DNA of 64,000 nt from Planctomycetaceae bacterium (GCA_028284885.1 JANQQW010000082.1:4926-68925), one strand, 5' to 3'; positions 9,874 to 18,154 are shown, counted from the first letter of the stretch. Numbers and translations: made by a program. The notes: generated from the letters alone by a model not told the origin.

Positions 9874-11001
9874 TCAGTCTGCGGGCTTCGCCGGCGGGCT
9901 CTCGAGCCGGTTGGCGAAGCGGCTGGGATCCTCGCCGGCGTGAAGCCTGTCGATCAGCGTCGTCATCGGCTCGCCGACGAGTCCGACGTGCCTGTTGACC
10001 TGGCCGTGATCGAGATCGACGGTGTCGATCGCCCGAGCCGGTGTTCCCGCCTCGCGTAGCGACTTCGCGAAGGCCGGGCCGAACCTGTCGAGGGCCATTC
10101 GGTCGCCGGCGTAGAACAGGATCGTCGGGGGGATGGACTTGTCCGGGGCGACGTGCTGCTGCGGCGACGCGTCCTGACGACTGGCCGGGTCGCGTCCGAA
10201 CGCCAGGTCGTAGAGCGCCGTCATGCCACGGCCTTCGACCGAGTCGAGGTAGCCCGGCACGTCGATCGCGGCCGGGTCGAGAAGTACGACGCTCTTCACG
10301 ACGTCGAGCGACTTCTCCTCGGCTCGGAGAAAGCGGTCGTTCGTTGTCACGAGGGCTGCCAGGTGTCCGCCTGCCGAGTGACCCATCACGTGGATGTCGC
10401 CCGGGTTGCCGCAGTACTCGGCGACGTGGTCGTGGAGCCAGGCGATCGCCTTCGCGCAGTCCTCGACGTGGACGGGGTGCTTCAGTCCGTCCTTCGTCGG
10501 TTCCGCGGGCGACAGTCGGTAGTTGACCGTGACGTAGACGGACCCACGGCCGACGAAGTGCCGCATCTTGGTCCCCACGATCGCCGGGCTCGACTTGTCA
10601 CCGCCGCGCCAGCCTCCTCCGTGAATCATCACCACGACCGGCCGCTTGCGCATCCCGTCCGAGTTCGAGTCGACGGGAACGTACAAGTCGAGACTGAGCA
10701 GGTTCGGCGCGACGCCCTCGACTCGGGAGTAGGGGACGTTGCGAAACGCTCGATGCGCGAGCTCCGCGGGAACGGGCCAGGGTGCCGGCTGCCCCCGTGG
10801 AACGCTCACCTCGGACCGTTGCAGGCGTCCGTCCCGATTCCGGTCGAGTCGCCCGAGCAGTCGGTCGAACCAAGGGGCGTTGCCGGTCTCCTCACGGGTC
10901 ACGACCGCGTCGCGGTTTCGGTCGAGTGAGTCGAATCGCCGGACGAGTCGTTCGGAGTCGGCTTGGCCGAACGCGGCGAGGAGGAACAGAAGTGTGGACA
11001 T
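9874..11001 (-). CDS. Secreted alpha/beta-hydrolase (carboxylesterase/lipase type) with N-terminal EF-hand pair
   Basis: Signal peptide MSTLLFLLAAFGQA. Two canonical EF loops, 'DRNRDAVVTREE' and 'DRNRDGRLQRSE'. Oxyanion 'IHGGGW' and nucleophile elbow 'GHSAGG'. Start set at ATG 11001. Confidence 0.85.
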   Translation of the reverse strand: MSTLLFLLAAFGQADSERLVRRFDSLDRNRDAVVTREETGNAPWFDRLLGRLDRNRDGRLQRSEVSVPRGQPAPWPVPAELAHRAFRNVPYSRVEGVAPNLLSLDLYVPVDSNSDGMRKRPVVVMIHGGGWRGGDKSSPAIVGTKMRHFVGRGSVYVTVNYRLSPAEPTKDGLKHPVHVEDCAKAIAWLHDHVAEYCGNPGDIHVMGHSAGGHLAALVTTNDRFLRAEEKSLDVVKSVVLLDPAAIDVPGYLDSVEGRGMTALYDLAFGRDPASRQDASPQQHVAPDKSIPPTILFYAGDRMALDRFGPAFAKSLREAGTPARAIDTVDLDHGQVNRHVGLVGEPMTTLIDRLHAGEDPSRFANRLESPPAKPAD

Positions 11002-11136
11002 CGGGCTCGGCTCGAACGGGGTTCTCCACTCGAACACCGTCGCCGCCGGCCGGTTCCGAGCGAGAAACCGGCTTCTGTCGGAATTCGAGCACGGGTAACA
11101 TCGCTTCCTGAACCGTTCGACTCAGGACCACCTCCC

Positions 11137-12492
11137 ATGAGCGTTGCCGAGCCGACCAGCGAGACGAGCGACGAACCGGTGCTGAAGGTCGTCGAGGACG
11201 CGACCTGCACGTTCTGCGGCTGCGTCTGCGACGACATCGACCTGACCGTCGAGAACGACCGCATCACCAAGGCGAAGTCCGCCTGCGTCCTCGGGAAGGC
11301 GTGGTTCTTCAACCACCACGTCGAGGACCGACCGGAGGCGACGATCGACGGCGAGCCGGTGACGTACGAGGCCGCGGTCGAGCGGGCCGCCGAGATCCTG
11401 ACCAGCGCCCGCTACCCGGTGACCTACGGCCTCTCCGACACCACCAGCGAGGCCCAGCGGGTCGCGGTCGCCGTCACCGACTGGATCGGGGGCATCGTCG
11501 ACACGACGACCTCCGTCTGCCACGGCCCCAGCGGCATGGCCTTCCAAGGCGTCGGCGAGGTCACCTGCACGCTCGGCGAGATCAAGAACCGGGCCGACTT
11601 CCTGGTCTACTGGGGCGGCAACCCGGCCGAGAGCCACCCCCGCCACTTCACCAAGTACAGCCTGATGCCCAAGGGGGACCACGTCCCCCGCGGCCGCAAG
11701 GACCGCTACGCCGTCCTCGTCGACGTGCGGAAGACGAAGTCCGCCAAGGCGATGGATCTGTTCCTGCAGGTCAAGCCCCGCAGCGACTTCGAACTCGCCT
11801 GGACGCTGCGAGCGCTCGCCAAGGGGATCGAGGTCGACGGGCAGGCCGTGCGGGACAAGACCGGCATCGAGCTCGACGTGCTCCAGGGCATGATGGAGCG
11901 GATGAAGGGCTCGAACTTCGGCGCCATCCTGTTCGGCATGGGCCTCACCATGACCCGCGGGAAGCACGTCAACAGCGAGGCCGTGCTGGCCCTCGCCCGC
12001 GACATGAACGAGTACGGCCACCGCTGGGTCGCCAAGCCCATGCGGGGGCACGGCAACGTCACCGGGGCGGACCAGGTCGTCAGCTGGAGCACCGGCTACC
12101 CGTTCGGGGTCCACCTCGGCCGTGGCTACCCCCGCTTCAACCCGGGTGAGTACACCACGTCCGACGTGCTGGCCCGCGGCGAGGCGGACGCCGCCTTCAT
12201 CATCGCCAGCGACCCGTACTCCAACTTCAGTCAGCCGGCCCGCGACCACCTGAAGAGCATCCCGTCGGTCGTCCTCGACCCGAAACTCAGCGAGACCGCC
12301 CGCATCGCCACCGTCGCCTTCACGACCGCGACGTACGGCATCAACACCCCCGGCACCGTCTACCGCATGGACGACGTCCCCATCCCCCTCCGCCCCGCCT
12401 TCGACTCGCCCTTCAAGAGCGACTACGAGATCCTGAAGGCGATCGAGACGAGCGTGCGCAAACGAGTTCGCAGTGGAGCATCGCGACCGTGA
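11137..12492 (+). CDS. fwdB: Formylmethanofuran dehydrogenase subunit B-like Mo/W-bisPGD protein
   Basis: N-terminal Cys cluster 'CTFCGCVCDDIDL ... SACVLGK'. 'TTTSVCHGPSG' resembles the Cys/Sec-His dyad of FDH/FwdB-type enzymes. Start set at ATG 11137 (MSVAEPT). Confidence 0.8.
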   Translation: MSVAEPTSETSDEPVLKVVEDATCTFCGCVCDDIDLTVENDRITKAKSACVLGKAWFFNHHVEDRPEATIDGEPVTYEAAVERAAEILTSARYPVTYGLSDTTSEAQRVAVAVTDWIGGIVDTTTSVCHGPSGMAFQGVGEVTCTLGEIKNRADFLVYWGGNPAESHPRHFTKYSLMPKGDHVPRGRKDRYAVLVDVRKTKSAKAMDLFLQVKPRSDFELAWTLRALAKGIEVDGQAVRDKTGIELDVLQGMMERMKGSNFGAILFGMGLTMTRGKHVNSEAVLALARDMNEYGHRWVAKPMRGHGNVTGADQVVSWSTGYPFGVHLGRGYPRFNPGEYTTSDVLARGEADAAFIIASDPYSNFSQPARDHLKSIPSVVLDPKLSETARIATVAFTTATYGINTPGTVYRMDDVPIPLRPAFDSPFKSDYEILKAIETSVRKRVRSGASRP

Positions 12493-12701
12493 GCTTCGAC
12501 GACGCGATCCAGGTCGATTCGGACGTCCTCGGTGGAACGCCCGTGATCACGGGCACGCGAGTGCCCGTGATCACGCTCATCGACTACCTCGAAGCCGGCG
12601 ACACGATTCAGGACTTTCTGAGCGACTTCCCGTCCGTGTCTCGCGACCAAGCCGTCGCCGTGCTGGAGGTGGCTCGCGAAGCGCTCGGCGTTCGCCCGTG
12701 A
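12489..12701 (+). CDS. DUF433 domain protein (antitoxin-like)
   Basis: 'VLGGTPVITGTRVPVITLIDYLEAGDTIQDFLSDFPSVSRDQAVAVLE' is the DUF433 core. Its GTG start overlaps the fwdB stop (GTGA). Confidence 0.8.
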   Translation: MSFDDAIQVDSDVLGGTPVITGTRVPVITLIDYLEAGDTIQDFLSDFPSVSRDQAVAVLEVAREALGVRP

Positions 12702-13009
12702 GGATTCTCCTCGACGAGTGCCTGCCTCGGACGCTCGCGCCGCTGTTCGGGGAGCACGAGTGCGGTTGGGCTGGTACGAAGAACGGGGCGCTTCTCGCGT
12801 TGGCCGCTGAGGAGTTCGACCTGTTCGTCACCGTCGACCACGGTTTGCGCTTCCAACAGAACCTGGACGACTCCGGCCTGGCCGTTGCGATCCTGGTGGC
12901 ACCGTCGAACCGTGTCGAACGCTTGGCTCCACTTGTCCCGATCGTACTGAGTGCGATCGAGAGCATGGCTCCCGGCGACGTTCGGGTGTTCGAGTTGCGT
13001 GAGGACTGA
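12698..13009 (+). CDS. DUF5615 / Mut7-C-like PIN-fold protein (toxin-like partner of DUF433)
   Basis: 'VRILLDECLPRTLAPLF ... DLFVTVDHGLRFQQNL' matches the PIN-like DUF5615 pattern. Its GTG start overlaps the DUF433 stop (GTGA). Confidence 0.7.
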   Translation: MRILLDECLPRTLAPLFGEHECGWAGTKNGALLALAAEEFDLFVTVDHGLRFQQNLDDSGLAVAILVAPSNRVERLAPLVPIVLSAIESMAPGDVRVFELRED

Positions 13010-13022
13010 AGGAGCATCCGTC

Positions 13023-13709
13023 ATGCCGTGGCTCGGCATCGAGCGCTTTCGAACGCTGCTGAAGGCATTCAAGCGCGGCGTCTACACCATCGGCGATGCG
13101 GCATTCGCGGTAGGTCAGTGTGCTATCGTCGAGGACTTCTTCGACTATCTCGACGAGATTCCCCCGGAGCTGCTTTCGGAGATACGCACGAACGCAGAAC
13201 ACGTCCCCGGCCATCCCGAGGACGTGTTGATCGTCGCCAGTTACTGCGGCGACGCCACCCTGGAGGAACTCGCGGAACAGGACCGCAAGGAGCGGGAGCG
13301 CCGCTACTGGTCCCGTCGGCTGCTTCAACAACACTTCTATCCCGATCGGCGGCCGGAACCGTTCGAGCCGATTCGGTCGATCGGACTCGTGGAGGAGACC
13401 ATCGAGTACGAAAGCGAGGTCGTCGTGCTCGGCGACCTCAGCGACTACTTGGTCCGCTCGCATCCCGTGCAGCTCCACCCGCCTGCCATGCCGATGCTCG
13501 TCACGCGACTAGAGGGTGGCACTCGGGTGCTGAGAGACGTCGAACGCAACAGCGACGACTATGTATGGAAACGCAACGGTCGATCGGAGCTGGTCTTCGG
13601 TCCGGAGGTGCGCTCACCCGACGACGTCGCGCCCGGCACCGAGGTCTTCGTCGATCGTTCGGGGCTCCCGCCGCTACCGGACGAGCCGCCCGCGGAGTTG
13701 CTGGACTGA
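13023..13709 (+). CDS. Hypothetical protein (no recognisable domain)
   Basis: 228-aa ORF from ATG 13023. Amino-acid composition is coding-like and GC looks somewhat lower than the surroundings. Confidence 0.55.
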   Translation: MPWLGIERFRTLLKAFKRGVYTIGDAAFAVGQCAIVEDFFDYLDEIPPELLSEIRTNAEHVPGHPEDVLIVASYCGDATLEELAEQDRKERERRYWSRRLLQQHFYPDRRPEPFEPIRSIGLVEETIEYESEVVVLGDLSDYLVRSHPVQLHPPAMPMLVTRLEGGTRVLRDVERNSDDYVWKRNGRSELVFGPEVRSPDDVAPGTEVFVDRSGLPPLPDEPPAELLD

Positions 13710-13872
13710 GTCGGTCGACGACGGCCCGCTGCTCACGGGGCACGGCGAGATCGCAGGCAAGCCGTTCTGTCCGCGGAGGTGGACTTCCAACGCTCTCGGG
13801 TTCTCGGCGAACGTTGCCGCGACTGTTCGGGTACGAGGACGGAGGTTCCTCTCTCTCACCGAAGGAGTGACG

Positions 13873-14967
13873 ATGCTCTCTCGTCCCCTGCTTGGCCTCT
13901 CTCTGCTGGCCGTCGTCGGTCCCTTCACGCTTCGCGGCGACGAGCGCGCCGCAGCCCCGCCGCCGGACACCAGCGTTCGGGAGCGGCTCGACGAGAAGAT
14001 CACCGTCGAGTTCCGCCGCACTCCACTGCACGCGGCGCTCGACGAGATCGGCGAGCTGGTGAAGCTGAAGATCGTCCTCGACGGAAACGCCCTGAAGCGG
14101 TTCGGCTACACGCGGAACATGGCGTTGAGCCACGCGTGCGAGAACGCCGCCGCCGGGAAGGCGGTCGCGGCGATCGTCGCGAAGCACCCGGGAATGACGT
14201 TCGTCGTCGACGAGATCGGCGGGCGGGTCGTCGTGACCACGTCCGACGGGGTGAAGGCGGTGCAGCCGCCGCCGCGGGACGAGAGGGAGGCCGCTGCGTG
14301 GCGAGAAGTCGTCTCGGCCGAGCAACTCGCCACCGAAATCCGGTACACGCGACGAGAGCTCGGCCAGTCCCTCGCGTCCCCCCGCGGTTGGCGGTCGCGA
14401 GAGGAAGTCGACCGGGCCGCCGGCCGCCTCGCCTGGCTCTTCCTCGTGTCGGCGCGCCATCCAGAGGGCCTGCCTCCCGCCGTCGCCGTCGACCTCGCGG
14501 CCGCGTCGCTTCGTCTCCAGTCGGCCGCCCGCTCGACGGCCGAGGAGGCCCGAGAGGACGCGAAGAAGGCCTACGCGTCGGTCAACGCGACTCTACGAGT
14601 CCACGCCGACTCGGTCACTTCGCCTGCCGTGAAGCCGAACGAGCCACGGGTCGTCCTGTCCGACGTGATGCCGCGGCTCGAGCAGGCGCTCAACGAGTTG
14701 AACGCCGCGGCGCGGCAGAACGAGATCCCGGAGGAGGCCCGTAGGCGACTCTCCCGTGAAGCGGCCGTCGCCGCGGCCGCGGGCCGGTTCGTCGTGTCGA
14801 CCGGGAAGCACGCGGGCGACGCCGAGTTTCGAGAGCACGCGGAGATGCTGTCGTCGGACTTCACGGCCACGCGACGTGCCGTCGAGCGAGGCGACCACGA
14901 AGCCGTGCAGGCAGGGCTGGCGAGTGCCGTGAAACGCTGCGTGGCATGCCATCAGTCGTTTCGCTGA
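13873..14967 (+). CDS. Secreted protein with a C-terminal cytochrome c'-like (class II cytochrome c) haem-binding domain
   Basis: GAAGGAG lies 6 nt upstream of ATG 13873. Signal peptide MLSRPLLGLSLLAVVG. A single CxxCH sits at the extreme C-terminus ('AVKRCVACHQSFR') after a helical region, as in cytochrome c'/c556. Confidence 0.7.
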   Translation: MLSRPLLGLSLLAVVGPFTLRGDERAAAPPPDTSVRERLDEKITVEFRRTPLHAALDEIGELVKLKIVLDGNALKRFGYTRNMALSHACENAAAGKAVAAIVAKHPGMTFVVDEIGGRVVVTTSDGVKAVQPPPRDEREAAAWREVVSAEQLATEIRYTRRELGQSLASPRGWRSREEVDRAAGRLAWLFLVSARHPEGLPPAVAVDLAAASLRLQSAARSTAEEAREDAKKAYASVNATLRVHADSVTSPAVKPNEPRVVLSDVMPRLEQALNELNAAARQNEIPEEARRRLSREAAVAAAAGRFVVSTGKHAGDAEFREHAEMLSSDFTATRRAVERGDHEAVQAGLASAVKRCVACHQSFR

Positions 14968-14988
14968 CCCGTCAGCGGCACCGCCGAC

Positions 14989-16104
14989 TCACTCCGGCGG
15001 AGCGAAGGAGTCGCCTTCCGAGGGCGGTTCGGCCGTTTCGGGCGCAGGCGCCGCGCCGGGGCGGGTTGGCGACTCGACGGGTTCGGCGAGTTCGACCTCG
15101 CCCCCGGACTCGTACAGTCGGCGAACCTCGGTCGTGTCGAGCGGCCGGTCGAAGAGCACGAACTCGTCCAGCAGCCCGGACCAGGCGTAGCCCGATCCGT
15201 CCCCGCCGAGGACGAGTGGTTTCGTCGTGTGACCGATCGGCTGGCCCATCGGACCGCCGGCCGACGCAACCGCCTTCGCGTCGACGGGCTTGCCGTTCAC
15301 GAATGCCGTCAACTTTGCGCCGTCGAACGTGCAGGCGAGGTGGGTCCACTCCTTCGGCCGGACGGGGACCTTCACCGCCGAGTTGCCGTAGTAGTTCACG
15401 AAGAACTGCAGGTGGTCGGCGTCGCCAGAGACCCGGACGAGCCCGTAGCCCTGGTTCCACGACCCCGGGTTCGTCTTCGCGAACACGACCTGGTACGAGG
15501 AGGACGGCCCCGCCGGCCGGATCCAGAGGGCGACCGTGAACTTCTGCGGGCACAACTCCGCGTGGTGGTCGACGGTGACGCGGCCCCGGCCGTCGAAGTC
15601 GAACGCGCCGCCCCGCCGGCCCTTCTCGACCCACTCCACCCCGGTCACCTTCCCGTGGTGCCGGTCGGCCGCGTGGTTCGTCGCCGAGGCACCGTCGTCG
15701 AGAGCGTAGTACGCGACGAGCCCCCGGTGCGTCGGCAGCCAGCCGATCTGGTCCGTCGGCACGACCTCGACCGCCACGACGTGCTTCATCTCCAGCACGA
15801 CTTGGCCGAAGATCGCCTCGACCTTCAGCGGCTCGGGAACCAGCCTGCCGGTGATCGTGTCGCGGTTCGTCAGCTCGATCCGCAACTCGCCCGCCTTCTG
15901 CGTCTTCGCCGCGCGACGAATCCGCTCCAGCGGCACCTCGAGTTCGTCGAACCCGATGTCCACCTTCAGCGACGTGTTCTCCGGCGTCCCGACGACTCGG
16001 GACCCGTCGACGAGATCGACACGAACCCGGTAGCCGGGTTCCTCGGCGAGTGCCACGGTCGCCGCGAGAAGCAGTGGAACGCAGAACAGAGGTAGTCGTC
16101 GCAC
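14989..16104 (-). CDS. Secreted LamG (concanavalin A-like lectin/glucanase) domain protein
   Basis: 'GAFDFDGRGRVTVDHHAEL...FTVALWIRP...WTHLACTFDGAKLTAFVNGKPV...GLLDEFVLFDRPLDTTEVRRLY' is a typical LamG/laminin-G_3 pattern. The start is uncertain; GTG 16104 sits before signal peptide RRLPLFCVPLLLAATVALA. Confidence 0.8.
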   Translation of the reverse strand: MRRLPLFCVPLLLAATVALAEEPGYRVRVDLVDGSRVVGTPENTSLKVDIGFDELEVPLERIRRAAKTQKAGELRIELTNRDTITGRLVPEPLKVEAIFGQVVLEMKHVVAVEVVPTDQIGWLPTHRGLVAYYALDDGASATNHAADRHHGKVTGVEWVEKGRRGGAFDFDGRGRVTVDHHAELCPQKFTVALWIRPAGPSSSYQVVFAKTNPGSWNQGYGLVRVSGDADHLQFFVNYYGNSAVKVPVRPKEWTHLACTFDGAKLTAFVNGKPVDAKAVASAGGPMGQPIGHTTKPLVLGGDGSGYAWSGLLDEFVLFDRPLDTTEVRRLYESGGEVELAEPVESPTRPGAAPAPETAEPPSEGDSFAPPE

Positions 16105-16189
16105 GGTTCGTCTCCTCGGGGGCAACGTGAAGTTGAGAATACGACGCCACGCAACGGATTCCCGTTCCCGCAAATCCGCGGAGGGCTCT

Positions 16190-16822
16190 TCATACGTCGA
16201 TGAACTTCTGAAGTTGCCCGACCTTCTGCCACCACGTTCGATCGGAAAGGCAACCTCTTCGCCGCTCGTGCTCCTCTGAGTACTCCTCAAGCTCGGTGGG
16301 CCCCCACTTCCTCTTTTCGGCGTAGGTCACGAACAAGGCGAACACGCTTGGGAACGATCGCCACGGGAGTAGACCGCAGTCGTGCAAGCGGATCTCGCGA
16401 ATCTTGAGAGGCGTGCGAACTGCGTAGTCGACGAACTGCTCAACGACCTCACGGACCTCGCCCACGACTCGGAACTGGTCGAGGCCTGAGTGGGTCCGGC
16501 CATGTCTTGTCGAAACGTAGCGACTCCAGATGGGGGCACGCTCCTCGGACCAGAGTGCACCACCAGCCTGCGACAGCGTGTAGGTGGTCATGCTGTCGTC
16601 CCGGGTCTTGGATCCGAGCACACCTCGATTGCACAACGCTCTGAGCTGAGCCTCCAGTTCCGCGTCGTTGAAACCATGCGAGTAGGGGACGTTGAACTGT
16701 GGTCGAAACGTCTCTTCCCGCAGGAGGCGAAAGGGCACGTGGACCGAGAACATCTCGTCGAGCAGGACGAGTTGCGCGTCAGTGAGCCAAGTGGTGCCCG
16801 TGCGGTGCGGCAACTCGCTCAT
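16190..16822 (-). CDS. Hypothetical protein (orphan, visibly lower GC)
   Basis: 210-aa ORF. Its ATG overlaps the stop of the upstream TIM-barrel gene (ATGA at 16819-16822). No motif recognised, apart from a possible winged-helix-like stretch 'LRALCNRGVLGSKTRDDSMTTYTLSQAG'. Confidence 0.6.
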   Translation of the reverse strand: MSELPHRTGTTWLTDAQLVLLDEMFSVHVPFRLLREETFRPQFNVPYSHGFNDAELEAQLRALCNRGVLGSKTRDDSMTTYTLSQAGGALWSEERAPIWSRYVSTRHGRTHSGLDQFRVVGEVREVVEQFVDYAVRTPLKIREIRLHDCGLLPWRSFPSVFALFVTYAEKRKWGPTELEEYSEEHERRRGCLSDRTWWQKVGQLQKFIDV

Positions 16823-17628
16823 GCTTCCACGATCGACCGCATCTTCTCCAGCCCGAGTCGTGCGACCTCGTGCGGGTCCATCGCCCAGTACCGTCGGTTG
16901 AAGAGTTCGAGCGACAGGCAGCCGTCGAAGCCGGTGGCGGCGAGGAGTTCGCAGAAGCGGTTCAGGTCGACCACGCCGTCGCCCGGCATCACGCGGTCGG
17001 GGTCGTGCTGGAGCGGCCGTGGGGGAAAGGCGGGGGCGTCGTTGAAGTGGGAGACGGCGATCTGGTCGGCTCGCAGGGTGGCGACGTCCTCGATGCCACC
17101 GCCGCCGCGGAAGCAGTGGAACGGGTCGAGCACCGTCGTCGCGTCCGGTTCGCCACACGCTTCGAGGACCTGCCTCGCCCGGGCGATCGTGTTCAACTCC
17201 TGGGCGAATCCGAGGTACTCGAAGATCGGCTTCACGCCGAACTCGCGGCCCAGTCGCAGCAGGCTCGCGTACCGCTCGGCCCCGACGTCGAGGTCGACCA
17301 GTCCCAGTGGCGGCCCGGCGATGCTGTACTCCGCCCCCAGTTCGGCCGCCTGTGCGAGCTTCCGCCTGACGTCGTCGAGGGCCCGCCGCTCGACGTCGCC
17401 CGTCGTGTCCCACCAGCCCTTCAGGAAGATCGTCGTCGGGACGAACAGCCCGGCGTCGGCGACCATCTTCCGAACGTCGGCCACGGTCCCGCCGTCGGCG
17501 ACGAACGCATCGACGTCCGCGTGCCAGATTTCGATTGCCCCGTACCCCACCTCCCCCGCGACGCGGATCTTCTCCGACAACGGCGTCGGCATGATCGTGC
17601 TGGAGTTGAGGCAGTAGGTGAACGGCAT
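16819..17628 (-). CDS. Sugar phosphate isomerase/epimerase (xylose isomerase-like TIM barrel)
   Basis: 'GYGAIEIW ... EYLGFA ... DPFHCFRGGG ... SHFNDAP ... LSLELFN' is the AP_endonuc_2 / TIM-barrel pattern. Confidence 0.85.
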   Translation of the reverse strand: MPFTYCLNSSTIMPTPLSEKIRVAGEVGYGAIEIWHADVDAFVADGGTVADVRKMVADAGLFVPTTIFLKGWWDTTGDVERRALDDVRRKLAQAAELGAEYSIAGPPLGLVDLDVGAERYASLLRLGREFGVKPIFEYLGFAQELNTIARARQVLEACGEPDATTVLDPFHCFRGGGGIEDVATLRADQIAVSHFNDAPAFPPRPLQHDPDRVMPGDGVVDLNRFCELLAATGFDGCLSLELFNRRYWAMDPHEVARLGLEKMRSIVEA

Positions 17629-17647
17629 CGTCGCCTCCGGTGGGCAC

Positions 17648-18154
17648 TCAACCTTCGGACTCCGGTCGCTCGTCGGACGACCGTTCCTGCGTCAGGAGGA
17701 TTGCATCGAGCGTCCGCGCCGTGAACCGTCCCAGGACGCCCAGGTAGTAGAGACCGAACACCATTGTCAGCAACAGCAACCAGCTCAGGCTGGGCCCGTA
17801 GACGAAGAAGCTGCCGACGAGGCCGATCAGCATCAACGCGGCCAACACTTGCAGCACGCACCCGCCTCGCATCACCCCGTCGCCGTCCAAGGACATTGAA
17901 CTGTTCAGCGGCTTGTCGACGCCTGTCACGGTCAACAGGAGATCCCCGACGGTGATCTCGCGGCCAACCTCGACGTGCACCGCCGCGATCCTCCCCCGAC
18001 TCGGGCAGGGGAGTGTGACCCGTTCGTCGCCGTCCACGACCTCGAACGCGGGTTGATCGGCGACGACGTGGTCCCCGACCGCGACCAGCACGCGCTCGAC
18101 TCGGGCGGTCGTGGCGAGCGGGCCGATCGGCTCGAAGTAGAGGTCGTCGTTCAC
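17648..18154 (-). CDS. Membrane protein with N-terminal lipoyl-domain-like fold lacking the lipoyl-lysine
   Basis: Residues approx. 15-75 align with the lipoyl domain of the E2 encoded upstream (24/61 identical by hand, 'LPCP..G.I..VHV..G....G..LLT'). The lipoyl Lys position is Asp ('DGDERVTLPCP'). The C-terminal half has 2-3 hydrophobic helices. GTG start overlaps the upstream stop (GTGA). Confidence 0.7.
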   Translation of the reverse strand: MNDDLYFEPIGPLATTARVERVLVAVGDHVVADQPAFEVVDGDERVTLPCPSRGRIAAVHVEVGREITVGDLLLTVTGVDKPLNSSMSLDGDGVMRGGCVLQVLAALMLIGLVGSFFVYGPSLSWLLLLTMVFGLYYLGVLGRFTARTLDAILLTQERSSDERPESEG

